Positions 36,422 through 46,216 of a stretch of DNA of 64,000 nt are shown here, one piece after another; the stretch's first letter is position 1, and the number at the start of each line of letters is the position of its first letter. The translations under genes were made by a program, and so were the position numbers. Origin of the DNA: an uncultured virus (IMG/VR IMGVR_UViG_3300035130_000204) (taxonomy: Duplodnaviria > Heunggongvirae > Uroviricota > Caudoviricetes); IMG/VR virus record IMGVR_UViG_3300035130_000204; one strand, given 5' to 3'. The notes under the pieces are model-generated. The model was not told the DNA's origin and did not search any database. It saw only the letters and a program-made list of their open reading frames with translations.

Positions 36422-37854
36422 CCGATTCCTGGCCTGTTACCATGTGGTACTCGACGCTTGGCATGGGCGACGGCCACGACTACGCGACGCGTGGCTACCT
36501 TGCTGCGCTCATGCACGTAGGATACGAGGGCATTCGCATTCCGCCGTCCATTCAGACCTCGCTGATGCGCTTCGACGATGGCGTGGATTCAGACATCGCC
36601 AGATTCAGGCCGCTTGCGCAGTTGCCAGAGCATCTGCGAATGGCGCCACCGAAGCGGGTGCAGGCAGGAGACCCTAGGATCGGTGAGCGCGTCGTCGACG
36701 GCATCGACGAGCACGGCAACGCTATCAAGGAGACCATCGTCATCGCCGAGGGCTCCATCGATCCGGACGAGCCAATCCAGACCACGAGCAATGCCCAGAT
36801 GCACACTGAGTGCGTAGTTATCCATCACGATCCGTCATCCATTAGTCGCAACTACACCAACTTTACGCGCTCAGGGCGACCAGAGGGGGTGGCCTACGTC
36901 GGCATAACGGTCTGGGAGCCGGACTCCATCCCGAATGCTGTGGCTCGCATCCTGAGCGAGCTTGATGCCGTCGTGGTGCCTTCGGAGCACACGCGTAACG
37001 CGCTGCTTCGGAGCGGTCTCGAGACCGAGTGTGTTGTCGTGCCGCACACGTTCGATCCTGAGATCTGGAGTGAGCCAAGCTTCGAGGAGCTTGAGCGGGA
37101 TCGTGACAAGTACGTCTTCTACGCTATCGGAACCTCTATCGCGCGCAAGAACCTGGCGACGCTGTGTGCTGCGTACTTCACGGCCTTCGAGGGGCGTGAT
37201 GATGTGGTGTTGCGGCTCAAGGGTAGTGGTCAGTTCGCAGAGATAGCAGCGGTGGCGAAGAAGGGCTTCGAGCAATCGGGCATAGCGATGGACCGCAGGC
37301 CACCGATGCGAATCTACTGCGACAACTGGTCCGTCAACAAGATGCGAGCGTTTCATCTCGACGGTGACTGTTGCGTGAGCGCGACGCGCTCAGAGGGGTT
37401 TGGTCTCGTGGAGTTCGAGGCGAAGCTCTGTGCGAGCCGCGTCATCACGACGGGCTGGGGCGCTGCTCCAGAGTTTCTCGAACACGTCGAGTTGGCAGAC
37501 GTCGCCCAGGTAAAATATGGACCCTATCGAGGCTGTCTCGAGGGGGACATAAAAGTTTCGTCGGGACACGACATCCTGGTGCCGTATGAGCTGAAGCCAG
37601 TCGAGGGCATGTACGGCATCGGGTGTTACGACCCAAAACAGAAGTGGGCGGAGCCGGACTTCGATGCGCTCGTAGAGGCCATGCGTAGGACAGAGCGACA
37701 GCGGTTGGGACCAGATGTTTTTGCCTGGGGACGACTTCACAAGACGCACGGGCCAGAGGCTGTAGGCACCGCGCTAGCTGCTGTGCTGAGCGACGCGCGA
37801 GCCGAGGTCAAGGAGAGCGAAGATGGGTTCGGAACGCAACAGACCGCAGACTGA
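36418..37854 (+). CDS. Glycosyltransferase, GT-B (GT4-like)
   Basis: TVWEPD, VVPSEH, RKNL, DCCVSATRSEGFGLVEFEA, WAEPD. Confidence 0.85.
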   Translation: MTDSWPVTMWYSTLGMGDGHDYATRGYLAALMHVGYEGIRIPPSIQTSLMRFDDGVDSDIARFRPLAQLPEHLRMAPPKRVQAGDPRIGERVVDGIDEHGNAIKETIVIAEGSIDPDEPIQTTSNAQMHTECVVIHHDPSSISRNYTNFTRSGRPEGVAYVGITVWEPDSIPNAVARILSELDAVVVPSEHTRNALLRSGLETECVVVPHTFDPEIWSEPSFEELERDRDKYVFYAIGTSIARKNLATLCAAYFTAFEGRDDVVLRLKGSGQFAEIAAVAKKGFEQSGIAMDRRPPMRIYCDNWSVNKMRAFHLDGDCCVSATRSEGFGLVEFEAKLCASRVITTGWGAAPEFLEHVELADVAQVKYGPYRGCLEGDIKVSSGHDILVPYELKPVEGMYGIGCYDPKQKWAEPDFDALVEAMRRTERQRLGPDVFAWGRLHKTHGPEAVGTALAAVLSDARAEVKESEDGFGTQQTAD

Positions 37855-38185
37855 GATCAGGTTTCCGATCGAGGCGCGGAAAGACAAGTACGGCGATACG
37901 TACTATCTCGGGTGGACGGATGCTCCTGCGCAGCTCGACTTGAGCGATTGCGCCTTCTTCATCTTCCTAGGTGACGATGCCGAGGTGTGCATTCGTAAGC
38001 GGCGAGACATCAGGGACAACCGCAACAAGCGGCAGAGGTCGAAGTTTTACAGAGATAACGGCCGAGGCAGTCGTGAAGACCACAAGCACAGGGACGGCGA
38101 TTGCCAGCAGGGTATCGTCGCTGAGGAGCAAGACGACGACTACTTCGCGGGGGACGAGCACGGAGATGAGGAGCTGGACCGATGA
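37823..38185 (+). CDS. Hypothetical protein
   Basis: RBS AAGGAG; coupled to the next gene. Confidence 0.55.
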   Translation: MGSERNRPQTEIRFPIEARKDKYGDTYYLGWTDAPAQLDLSDCAFFIFLGDDAEVCIRKRRDIRDNRNKRQRSKFYRDNGRGSREDHKHRDGDCQQGIVAEEQDDDYFAGDEHGDEELDR

Positions 38186-39312
38186 TGGAGGTACTGTTCG
38201 TTGCTCCTGTCTCTGGCTACGTGAGCTACAACGTGGTGGCCAAGGGGCTTCTCCGTGCGTTGACCAAGGCAGGCATCAGGCCGCTCGTGGCCGACACGTC
38301 TTGGGACGGCTCACCAAGTCACACCGACGGCTACTTCGATGCCACCGACATTCGATGGCTGGAACGCCGCGATGTCTCGAACCTACTTCAGAAGGGCGTG
38401 ACCTGGGAAGGGGCGCCCAAGCTCTGCATCGCCATCAACCCGACTCACCATTTGATGGATATCACGGACAGCGGCATCAAGGTCGCCGGCCTACACGTCG
38501 GGGACGTCGACGAGATCCCACCAGCTTGGCGAGACGTCATCGAGCGTGAGGCTGTCGTGCTCGCCCCCTCGTCCTGGGTTGCCGGCGTCATCGAAGACTC
38601 GGGCGTTACCACACGGACAATGGTGCTCAACCATGGTGTCGGGCCGATGTTTCGACCATCGCTCGAGGCATCCTCCCTCGACGAACTTCCCTGTGTACTT
38701 CTTCATGCCTGCGCCTCTGTCTTCTATCCGGAGCGGAAGAGCACACCACAGGTGCTTGAAGCTTTCAAGATCCTTGTCGACCGTGGCCACGACATCGTAC
38801 TGCGACTCGTCTTCGGCTTGAGGACGAAGCAGGTCAAGCGCATGCTTCGCAGCGTGCCGCAGGAGATTCGCCCGCGGCTGCAGGTCTTCTTCCACGAGGG
38901 TTCGCGTCCTCAGGATGAGATGGCCGAGGTCTATCGCAACGCCCACGTTCTGCTGGCGCCGAGCCGTGCGGAAGGATTCGGGATCATGCCGGTAGAGAGT
39001 CGTGCTTGCGGTGTGCCTGTGATCCAAACTTTGTGCACCGGACACTTTGATCATCTTGAGCTTGGAGCCGACCCTGTCGAATGGGGAATCTGCCCCGTGT
39101 CGCACGGCGATTTAGTTTCGGCATGGGGGGACTACGGCAGGGCCCCCGAAGTGCGGACCGAATGGATCGTCAACGCGACGGAGGCCTTCCTTCACAACCG
39201 CAGGCTGTTCACGAGCAATGCGCGAGAGCATGCCGCAGCAGTGCGTGAGAACTGGTCCTGGGAGCGTGTCAGCCAGCCGTTGATTGATTGGGTGCGCTCC
39301 GAGCTGTCCTAG
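38182..39312 (+). CDS. Glycosyltransferase, GT-B (GT4-like)
   Basis: APSSWV, ERKS, YRNAHVLLAPSRAEGFGIMPVESRACGVPVI, WSWE. Confidence 0.9.
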   Translation: MMEVLFVAPVSGYVSYNVVAKGLLRALTKAGIRPLVADTSWDGSPSHTDGYFDATDIRWLERRDVSNLLQKGVTWEGAPKLCIAINPTHHLMDITDSGIKVAGLHVGDVDEIPPAWRDVIEREAVVLAPSSWVAGVIEDSGVTTRTMVLNHGVGPMFRPSLEASSLDELPCVLLHACASVFYPERKSTPQVLEAFKILVDRGHDIVLRLVFGLRTKQVKRMLRSVPQEIRPRLQVFFHEGSRPQDEMAEVYRNAHVLLAPSRAEGFGIMPVESRACGVPVIQTLCTGHFDHLELGADPVEWGICPVSHGDLVSAWGDYGRAPEVRTEWIVNATEAFLHNRRLFTSNAREHAAAVRENWSWERVSQPLIDWVRSELS

Positions 39313-40082
39313 CAGATTTCGCGAGTCTCCTCGCCTTCGATCATGATCATGATCTCGGCGTACGATGCGAACAGAGCGCCCGACTCGATGAGCTGCATGT
39401 CGCGGACGAAGTGCGGGTCCTCGCACTCCAGTAGCCAACCGAGCCCTTGCCGCGCCGGGATCGCTATGTTCCGAGTTAGATCGAGGAACCCGCAGTAGCC
39501 GTCCTCGTATGTTGGTCTGGGGGGATCATGAAGCTTGTTGTCGGCCATCTCGAGGGGATCGAAGCGGCGGTCTTCGGATGCGTAGTAGGATGCTGGAAGC
39601 TCGATCATCGGCTTGTCACCGACTATGAACGACAGGCGGCAAGAGCGGAAGAAAGCTGCGTAGTGCCGCTTGTCCGAAAACGCGGCATGGATTCCGATTC
39701 GCTTGACCCGAAACGTGCGGTCGCCTACCAAGCAGCCGGCACACAGCATGTTCGTTCGTGACAGGTCTCCTGCGTCGGTAGCGAAGAAGCGCATCCTGTC
39801 GGCGAAGCGAAGACCCTTGTTGACGCCAAGGCCGTCGGGGCGTGTGTCTGCGATCCAGGCATGCCAGTAGATGTGGTGTCGGCGCTCGCGCCAGCCGCGC
39901 ACGACCTTCGGGATGGCGCGTCGGTCTTCTTCATTCATGGGGTCGAGGGGAAAACCGTCGACGTGTTCGCCGCGCTTGATGGCTTCGATGAACTTCTGAA
40001 ATTCTTCCTTGGCGTACTTGGTGTATTGCGCGATGTCTTCTTCTGTGATGTCGCCATCGCTTTTTGTTGCGTCGTCGGTCAT
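39309..40082 (-). CDS. Diverged paralog of the capsid candidate at 20809
   Basis: Shares TNMxxAGxLVxDRTFx[IV]K, VGDKP, Ix[VI]PxRQG and [DE]GxxTRE[VI] with 20809; RBS AAAGGAG. Confidence 0.75.
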   Translation of the reverse strand: MTDDATKSDGDITEEDIAQYTKYAKEEFQKFIEAIKRGEHVDGFPLDPMNEEDRRAIPKVVRGWRERRHHIYWHAWIADTRPDGLGVNKGLRFADRMRFFATDAGDLSRTNMLCAGCLVGDRTFRVKRIGIHAAFSDKRHYAAFFRSCRLSFIVGDKPMIELPASYYASEDRRFDPLEMADNKLHDPPRPTYEDGYCGFLDLTRNIAIPARQGLGWLLECEDPHFVRDMQLIESGALFASYAEIMIMIEGEETREIC

Positions 40083-40421
40083 GGTGGTCTCCTTTGGCTT
40101 GCGTCCTGAGGATGTCCGAGGGTAGCACATGCGATCCTGAAGACGTATTAAAAGGAGACACCTGCGAGCGGCTCTTTCTGTGGGATGGCCTAGATTGTGC
40201 GTCCAAGCATCAGGTCCAGCGCTTCAGGCTGCCCGTCGTAGATCCACGTGCCCGCGCTGCTGATAGCGACCACGAGCGTGATGATGGCACCAACGGTCTT
40301 AGCCTGCGAACCGTACTGCCCCAGCAAACCGTCTGCCATGCGTTCATGATGCCACTTCAACATCCTTAGGACGCTGGACCCCCCGTGCTAGACTGGCTTT
40401 GCCGGCCCAAGGAGGAACGCT

Positions 40422-40934
40422 ATGAACGATCTTGGTGATCTTGTTGGGGTGGAGCTTGGTGACCTCGAAGCTCAGCTCCTACACATTCATGTTGTACTCA
40501 TGGCTATCGCTGCCTGGTTCGTCCTGTGGGCCATCCGCCGTATGTGGAAGACCATGGACGAAAACGAGTGGGTGCGGAAGCTCAAGCCGCTCTACCCGAC
40601 CGTCTTGTGCCAGGGGTTCGTCTGGATTCCAGGCATCCTTCCAGGGGCTACAACTGGGGACCGCATCCTGCTTGCTGTCTGGGCGGGAATCCTAGCTTCG
40701 ATCGGATACCAGATTATCAGGCGCTTCGTAAAGAAGGTTGGCGTAGAGCTGCCAGAGGACCCAAACAAGCTTGGCGAAAACGAAGCTGCCGCAGATGACG
40801 CGGACGATGACACGGACGATGACGCGGACGATGACGCGGACGAGGACCGTGACACGCCTCCAGAAACGCCAGCTCCGAAAAAAGCTGCCAGAGACAAAGA
40901 ACCCGACAAAAACACAGGCGACGACGTGGCATGA
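40422..40934 (+). CDS. Holin-like membrane protein with acidic tail
   Basis: RBS AAGGAGG; 2-3 TMs; DDDA repeats in the tail. Confidence 0.55.
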   Translation: MNDLGDLVGVELGDLEAQLLHIHVVLMAIAAWFVLWAIRRMWKTMDENEWVRKLKPLYPTVLCQGFVWIPGILPGATTGDRILLAVWAGILASIGYQIIRRFVKKVGVELPEDPNKLGENEAAADDADDDTDDDADDDADEDRDTPPETPAPKKAARDKEPDKNTGDDVA

Positions 40935-41161
40935 CCGATAAGGCCCGCTTCGGGGCCGTCATCCTCATCCTTCAGCTGACAGTGTTCGCGATGGTCCTCG
41001 CCATGCTGGTGCTGCTTGTCAGACAGTGTGCTACCGAACTTTCTGAGGTAGACTCTGTCATAGAGGATCATTTTGTCGAAGACCGCGCGAGGTGGGGGGA
41101 TGATCAAGCCACCGGAAATCGACCTTCCTTGGTGGGACAAGGCAATCATCTGGTTCCGTAG
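40931..41161 (+). CDS. Small TM protein
   Basis: Coupled start, long hydrophobic stretch; overlaps the next gene by about 60 nt. Confidence 0.4.
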   Translation: MTDKARFGAVILILQLTVFAMVLAMLVLLVRQCATELSEVDSVIEDHFVEDRARWGDDQATGNRPSLVGQGNHLVP

Positions 41162-41486
41162 GTGGGGCTGGATACCAGTTGCCATCGTAGTAGCTATCCT
41201 GGCTTTCGCCGCTGGCGGGTTCATCTTTCGGCGTCGCAAGGACGGCAAGGTTATGGACCCGCTGTCCGACATCCGCGAAGCAGTCGAGCGCAACAACCAG
41301 AAGATCGACGCTGAGCTGCAGGAGGCGGCCTACGCTCGTGATCAGCGCATCGCCGAGATTGAAGAAGAGCACGCCGAGACGATGCGCAATCTGACCGAGG
41401 ACCAGAAGAAACGTGCGAAAAGCTACCGGCGCAACCCCGACCGCATGGCCAGTTGGCTGACGGGCCTTGCTCAGGGCGAAGAATGA
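41100..41486 (+). CDS. N-terminal TM plus coiled coil (spanin-like candidate)
   Basis: WGWIPVAIVVAILAFAAGGFIF-RRRK followed by a coiled coil. Confidence 0.6.
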   Translation: MIKPPEIDLPWWDKAIIWFRRWGWIPVAIVVAILAFAAGGFIFRRRKDGKVMDPLSDIREAVERNNQKIDAELQEAAYARDQRIAEIEEEHAETMRNLTEDQKKRAKSYRRNPDRMASWLTGLAQGEE

Positions 41487-41686
41487 GTGGCCAGGTGCCA
41501 ATCGAATTGGCTGAAGAGATCACCACACACTGCGAAATGTGCCGACGTGTGATGGTCATTCGAAAGCTAGTAAACGGTGAGTACAGGTCGTTGGTTACGG
41601 ATCGTAACGTCATCTTGAGCTACAGCTCTCGTGGCGTCTACACGTATGTTTACGTTTGCGACAATTGCCTCGATGGAGGTATCTAG
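41483..41686 (+). CDS. Small Zn-ribbon protein
   Basis: CEMC and CDNC. Confidence 0.55.
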   Translation: MSGQVPIELAEEITTHCEMCRRVMVIRKLVNGEYRSLVTDRNVILSYSSRGVYTYVYVCDNCLDGGI

Positions 41687-41687
41687 G

Positions 41688-41942
41688 GTGTGCGATCTCT
41701 GTGGTCTCCATTCGGAGGTGGGCTTCGGAAATTTTTTTGTCGTCCAGTGCCGAAGCTGCGAGGTCCCCATGATCGTCTTAGCTGAGCACCGGGGCTGGAT
41801 CACGCCAGAAGAGTTCCAGCAGGTCGTAAGCTATGCGCGGGCGTATTTCCCCGGTTACAGTCTGCGAGGGGCCGGTATGCGCTCGATCCCGAGCCACTGG
41901 CACGAGCATCTATGCCCGCCGGGCCGCGGATGCCCTCTCTGA
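41688..41942 (+). CDS. Small HIT-like protein
   Basis: CDLC, CRSC and C-terminal HWHEH (HxHxH); GTG after GGAGGT. Confidence 0.55.
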   Translation: MCDLCGLHSEVGFGNFFVVQCRSCEVPMIVLAEHRGWITPEEFQQVVSYARAYFPGYSLRGAGMRSIPSHWHEHLCPPGRGCPL

Positions 41943-42164
41943 TCACGACGGAATAAATCCCACGCGCTGGAACATGTAGCTCGGGTGTGTGTAGCGGATT
42001 ACGAGCGGACCCCAGATGTGAACTCCTTTCGGAGTCTGGTACTTGAAGCGACTGCTGAACGGTCCTGATCGAACCTTCAACAGCTTGCAGTCGCCCAGCC
42101 CAGGAATATGAAACATGTCGCCGACATGGACTTCTCGTCCTGAGTAGGAGTTGATGACCTTCAT
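41943..42164 (-). CDS. Small hypothetical protein
   Basis: Fills the gap on the minus strand; protein-like composition. Confidence 0.5.
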   Translation of the reverse strand: MKVINSYSGREVHVGDMFHIPGLGDCKLLKVRSGPFSSRFKYQTPKGVHIWGPLVIRYTHPSYMFQRVGFIPS

Positions 42165-42258
42165 GTTGGGTATGGTAGCACGGCGCGTGGTATCATCGGT
42201 CACGGTGTGTTCTGCAGGCCCCGCGGAGCACTAGCATCGTTTCCAGAAGGAGTCGATC

Positions 42259-42483
42259 ATGGAGCGACCTATCTCCGCATCAAACCCGTTTGGCCTGGCA
42301 TCCTACAACGATGGGCTCGGTTGGCTCACGGTTCGTGTGACGGGCAACGAGGGGTTGGACAGAGTTCTGTACTGGGCGTTTCTGCTGGGTCTCGGCTACG
42401 CTGCCATCAGTTTGACCTACTACGGCGTCACAGGGCACTCGATGCTCGGATCGGGTCGCACACCTGCGGCCTGGGAAGTCTGA
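42259..42483 (+). CDS. Small TM protein
   Basis: RBS AAGGAG; SNP near the N-terminus, DGLG, TM. Confidence 0.55.
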   Translation: MERPISASNPFGLASYNDGLGWLTVRVTGNEGLDRVLYWAFLLGLGYAAISLTYYGVTGHSMLGSGRTPAAWEV

Positions 42484-42489
42484 AGACTC

Positions 42490-43539
42490 ATGCTTGCAGG
42501 TAAGTTCGCTGTTCACTGCAACGGACAGCTGCACACGGTGGAGATCGACGAAGAAGGCTTCGGCTACTCTCCTGACAACCATCATGACTTTGACCTCGAG
42601 CGCAGCCTTGTAGAGATGGGCGGCGAGCCGTCCGACTGTATGGGTTTTGTGCTGGAGCACGAAGACGTCCTGACGTCGGCTATGGAGTCGATTCTCTGGG
42701 ATCTATTCTCCTTGGTCTTCGACGATGACCAGGGAGAGATTATATACGAGCAAGCGACAAAGGCCGGCGTCAATTTCCCGAAGACTGTATACAACGCCGA
42801 CATGGAGATAATTGGCGGCGTCATGGATTCTGTTGGAATTAGCGAAGACGACCGCTACAAAATTATGCAAGAAGCACAGGAGCTTGGCCTCGAATTCGAG
42901 CCAAGAGCCAACGGGATTGTATTGGCAGGAGCACTGTCGTCGGTTTGGGGTTGGCTTCCGAAGCTAGAGGAGGTCATGCCTGTTGACGCCATTGTGCTGA
43001 GCGAGGGAATTGGACATGACGCAGCAAACGTAAGCGTCGACAAAAGCTGGGTAGAGCACGGCGCCGTAGACGAGTCTGGCGTCACTCAGGACGACCAGGG
43101 TCACATCAGTGCAGAGGTAAGCTTCTACTACAAATGGGCCGTCTACACGACACAAGAGGTGGTGCTCGAAAAGCGAAGCGAGAAGCTCGAGGATTTTATC
43201 GCGGAACAGCTAGGTAACATCGACGACGGTTTGAATAACGCTGGCGGTCACGCTGACGATAGGCGATGCGCGGATGCTTTTTTCGAGCTTGCCGAAAAAG
43301 TCTACCCAGCCTACGAGGCCCTCGCGGAACGACTCAGCGAACCAGGCACAGAGGCCGACGTGCTTTCCTTCTCGCTGCAGACCTTGCGATACTGGTCAAA
43401 GACCGTAAACCTCGACCTTTCGTGGTTGCAGGAAATCGAACATGACTGCGATGTAGGAAAAGGTGTCGATAGAAGGCCCCGCTTCGCGGTGCTGGATTTC
43501 TTTCAGAAGGTGTATGACGAAAAAGACGACGAGGGTTAG
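42490..43539 (+). CDS. Acidic hypothetical protein
   Basis: 349-aa ORF, D/E-rich. Confidence 0.7.
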   Translation: MLAGKFAVHCNGQLHTVEIDEEGFGYSPDNHHDFDLERSLVEMGGEPSDCMGFVLEHEDVLTSAMESILWDLFSLVFDDDQGEIIYEQATKAGVNFPKTVYNADMEIIGGVMDSVGISEDDRYKIMQEAQELGLEFEPRANGIVLAGALSSVWGWLPKLEEVMPVDAIVLSEGIGHDAANVSVDKSWVEHGAVDESGVTQDDQGHISAEVSFYYKWAVYTTQEVVLEKRSEKLEDFIAEQLGNIDDGLNNAGGHADDRRCADAFFELAEKVYPAYEALAERLSEPGTEADVLSFSLQTLRYWSKTVNLDLSWLQEIEHDCDVGKGVDRRPRFAVLDFFQKVYDEKDDEG

Positions 43540-43541
43540 CG

Positions 43542-44003
43542 ATGCGCTGTGCTGTAGCGACATTGGTTTTCGTTGTGGCTGTGGTCGTGCCGGTGTGTGC
43601 GCACGGAGAGGACGCGCCAACCGCTGACATGAGCGCCGTGGTTCCCATGGCAGAAGGCGACCGCGCGCCGTTCACTGGGATGCTGTTTCCGACCGAGCTT
43701 GCTATGCAGATGGGCTTTCGCATCGAGAACTTGCAGTTGCGCCTGCGCGCTGACGTAGAGCGCGAGCAGCGGCTGTGCGAGGCGCACCTGGAGTTCGAGG
43801 GGCGAAGGCTAGAGCTTGAGCAGCAGCGGCGAGACTTCGAGATCGAGCAGCTGACCGAACGCGTGCAAGAGCAAGCGGAAGACCTGTACGAGGCGCAAAA
43901 CGTGCCGTGGTATCGCACCTGGGGCTTTGCCTTTGGCATGGGCATCGTAGCGAGCTTGCTGCTTGTTGGTGGGTCGGTAGCGCTAATGGTGGGTCTGACA
44001 TGA
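43542..44003 (+). CDS. Signal peptide, coiled coil and C-terminal TM protein
   Basis: N-terminal hydrophobic signal, GDRAPFTGML, coiled coil, PWY followed by TM. Confidence 0.7.
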   Translation: MRCAVATLVFVVAVVVPVCAHGEDAPTADMSAVVPMAEGDRAPFTGMLFPTELAMQMGFRIENLQLRLRADVEREQRLCEAHLEFEGRRLELEQQRRDFEIEQLTERVQEQAEDLYEAQNVPWYRTWGFAFGMGIVASLLLVGGSVALMVGLT

Positions 44004-44467
44004 AACGCAACCCCATCCACCCCCAAGCACAAACCATGATGACCGAAGGACAGGTCATCACGCTCGAGGCACTCGAACAAGCTACTAGGGTTCTGGTGCA
44101 AGCAGCCGACGACCTGCGTGAGCGGCTCGGTGCACACGACCTGGCGACTGTTCTCGAGGTCGAGGCCGAGCGTATGCTTCTGGTGACGGAGACAACGGCA
44201 GAAGACCTTCTTCAAGGGACGCCAGAGTCCGATGTTTGGCCGTCGGTTGAAGAACAGCTCGGCGTCATTTGGCAGGACTACCAACAGTGGGCAAGTGGCC
44301 AGCCTTCGGCGCGTGGTGAGGAGTCGTACGGCACGAAGAAGCGGCTTGCCAGGCTATTGCGGCACGCCTTCGAGTTCGCAGGCTACGGAATTCCGCGGAG
44401 GAAGGTCAGCGACGACGCTTTGATTGCTGCGGCACGAGACGCCTGGGAAGCAAGGTCTAGACAATGA
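44000..44467 (+). CDS. Hypothetical protein (MKRNP start)
   Basis: Coupled ATGA overlaps at both ends. Confidence 0.65.
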   Translation: MKRNPIHPQAQTMMTEGQVITLEALEQATRVLVQAADDLRERLGAHDLATVLEVEAERMLLVTETTAEDLLQGTPESDVWPSVEEQLGVIWQDYQQWASGQPSARGEESYGTKKRLARLLRHAFEFAGYGIPRRKVSDDALIAAARDAWEARSRQ

Positions 44468-45366
44468 AGGTATTCCTGAGCGTGGATTGGGACTACTTCG
44501 TGCGCTCGCTGCCCGAGTGGGACTGGGGCCACAAGGAGTCGCCGTTCTTTCAGTCGTCGGCCATGTGGGCCATACGAGCTTCGCAGCTGCTCGTGAGCGG
44601 AGTCGATCTCCGCGAGGAGATGGACCCGGCGAAGTGGTCGACGCCGAAGCCTGAGACGTTCTTTTCGGTGCTTGAGCAGCTAGGCTACGACTTCAGCCAG
44701 TGTGACTACCTGAACATCAGCGACTCGCACGCGGGGGCTGGTCCCGTCTTCTGCCAAATCGGTGAGATGGACGAAGAGCCCGAAGTGCTGGTTAGCTTCG
44801 ATGCTCACCACGACCTGGGCTACCACGGGTGGGCACAGACGCGCGACCTGCTCGAGGCCGGACAGTTCATGTGCGACATGTGGATGTGCGGCGTCATGGC
44901 GAAGTTCCCGCAGCTCAAGGTTCGCATCCTGTACCCACCGTGGCAGACAAAGAAGGACCTCGAGTGGGAGCGGAAGAGCATCAAGAGCCAGTTGCCGTCA
45001 CCCATGCAGAAGCGAGTGCTCGCCGACATCTTCTACGACGACGCTAGCGACGGCGTCTCTCCTGTGGCCAAGCCGCCCAAGGGCGAGACCTTCGAGGTCA
45101 AGGCTCTCTACATCTGCAGGTCGAGCGCCTGGACGCCCCCATGGCTCGATGAGGCGTTCGTGGAGTTTGTCGAGTCGGCAGGCGAGGTCACTTACCTTGC
45201 AGCCTACAACCCGTTCCTGGAGCGCGGTCAGGACATCGACCCTCTGCAGGTGCGCTCGGACTTCCGCTGGGCCATGGCCGAAGAGCAAGCGGCGCAGATG
45301 AAGGCTGTGATGCGTATGACGCCTGAGGACTTCGAGCATCTGCGAGCTGACGACGAAAAAGACTAA
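44464..45366 (+). CDS. UPF0489 / arginase-deacetylase-fold putative metallohydrolase
   Basis: LSVDWDYF, SDSH, SFDAHHD, ICRSSAWTP. Confidence 0.65.
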   Translation: MKVFLSVDWDYFVRSLPEWDWGHKESPFFQSSAMWAIRASQLLVSGVDLREEMDPAKWSTPKPETFFSVLEQLGYDFSQCDYLNISDSHAGAGPVFCQIGEMDEEPEVLVSFDAHHDLGYHGWAQTRDLLEAGQFMCDMWMCGVMAKFPQLKVRILYPPWQTKKDLEWERKSIKSQLPSPMQKRVLADIFYDDASDGVSPVAKPPKGETFEVKALYICRSSAWTPPWLDEAFVEFVESAGEVTYLAAYNPFLERGQDIDPLQVRSDFRWAMAEEQAAQMKAVMRMTPEDFEHLRADDEKD

Positions 45367-45587
45367 TAATCTTCGTCCATACCATCCTTTGGAGGCGGTG
45401 GAACTGGCGTCGAGCTGATGCTCTCGCCAATGTGAACCGAGTGTCCCTTGACGACCGCTGAGAGCACTGTGAGTTGAGCCTCCATTGACCGCATCCGCCT
45501 CTCGAAGTTGTCCAGCCTGCAGCTCATGCCGGACAGAGAATCAGCTATCAGGTCGAGCTTCTCCAGGATATCAGCGTTGGTGCCCAT
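45363..45587 (-). CDS. Small coiled-coil protein
   Basis: MGTNADILEKLD..RLDNFERRMRSMEAQL; convergent with 44464. Confidence 0.45.
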   Translation of the reverse strand: MGTNADILEKLDLIADSLSGMSCRLDNFERRMRSMEAQLTVLSAVVKGHSVHIGESISSTPVPPPPKDGMDEDY

Positions 45588-45631
45588 CGTACTGAGGATT
45601 GTACTACGCAGTGTTCCGAGAACCTCGCGAC

Positions 45632-45659
45632 TTGACAATGATCTAGCACCTGCTATACG
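45632..45659 (+). promoter_or_regulatory. Putative promoter with TAGCA-NN-TGCTA palindrome
   Basis: TTGACA(45632), TAGCACCTGCTA (45644-45655), TATACG; near-identical arrangement at 53473. Confidence 0.5.
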
Positions 45660-45674
45660 TTTTCCCTTCGTGAG

Positions 45675-46028
45675 GTGATCACTGTGGATGAACGAGTCGT
45701 ACGTAACCGGAAGCTGCTCGACAGATACATGGATCAGGAGATCCTTGTGCAATACGCAAGAGATGGTGTCAGCGGCGTCATGCAAGGAACACTCGTCCGC
45801 TACGATCAGGACCTCGACACCTACGTATTGCTGATCAATCGCAACATGAAGCCGAACCCTGCCACTGGTGAGATGTTCGTGCTGCCGAAGACCGAGACAG
45901 AGTTCTTTGCCGAGGATGTCTTCTACATCCAGCGGCAGCTGGAGTCCGAGGACGACGCCAGGCGGGCCATCGAGATCGCGGGTGCTGTTGCAAGCGGCAT
46001 GGTGGGAGGGCCAGGGGGTTTGCAATGA
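45675..46028 (+). CDS. Hypothetical small beta protein
   Basis: 117-aa ORF coupled to the HTH gene; start uncertain. Confidence 0.6.
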   Translation: MITVDERVVRNRKLLDRYMDQEILVQYARDGVSGVMQGTLVRYDQDLDTYVLLINRNMKPNPATGEMFVLPKTETEFFAEDVFYIQRQLESEDDARRAIEIAGAVASGMVGGPGGLQ

Positions 46029-46216
46029 CCGGCAAGCGCGACGAGGCTTGGTCGCCGGAGCGCATAAAGCAGCTGCGGGAGAAGCTTGGCGTCACGCAGA
46101 AGGAGCTTGGCGAGAAGATCGGGGTGCATGTCATCACGGTCACGCGATGGGAGACTGGTGCGTGTGAGCCTTCCAACGTCTGCCTGAAGATGTTGCTTCA
46201 GCTCGAATCGGATTGA
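46025..46216 (+). CDS. XRE / Cro-C1 helix-turn-helix regulator
   Basis: IKQLREKLGVTQKELGEKIGVHVITVTRWETGACEP. Confidence 0.9.
   Translation: MTGKRDEAWSPERIKQLREKLGVTQKELGEKIGVHVITVTRWETGACEPSNVCLKMLLQLESD

Noticed and set aside
40794..40845. GATGACGCGGAC-type short repeats as a regulatory array
   Set aside because: They encode a low-complexity acidic tail (DDAD/DDTD) of the 40422 protein
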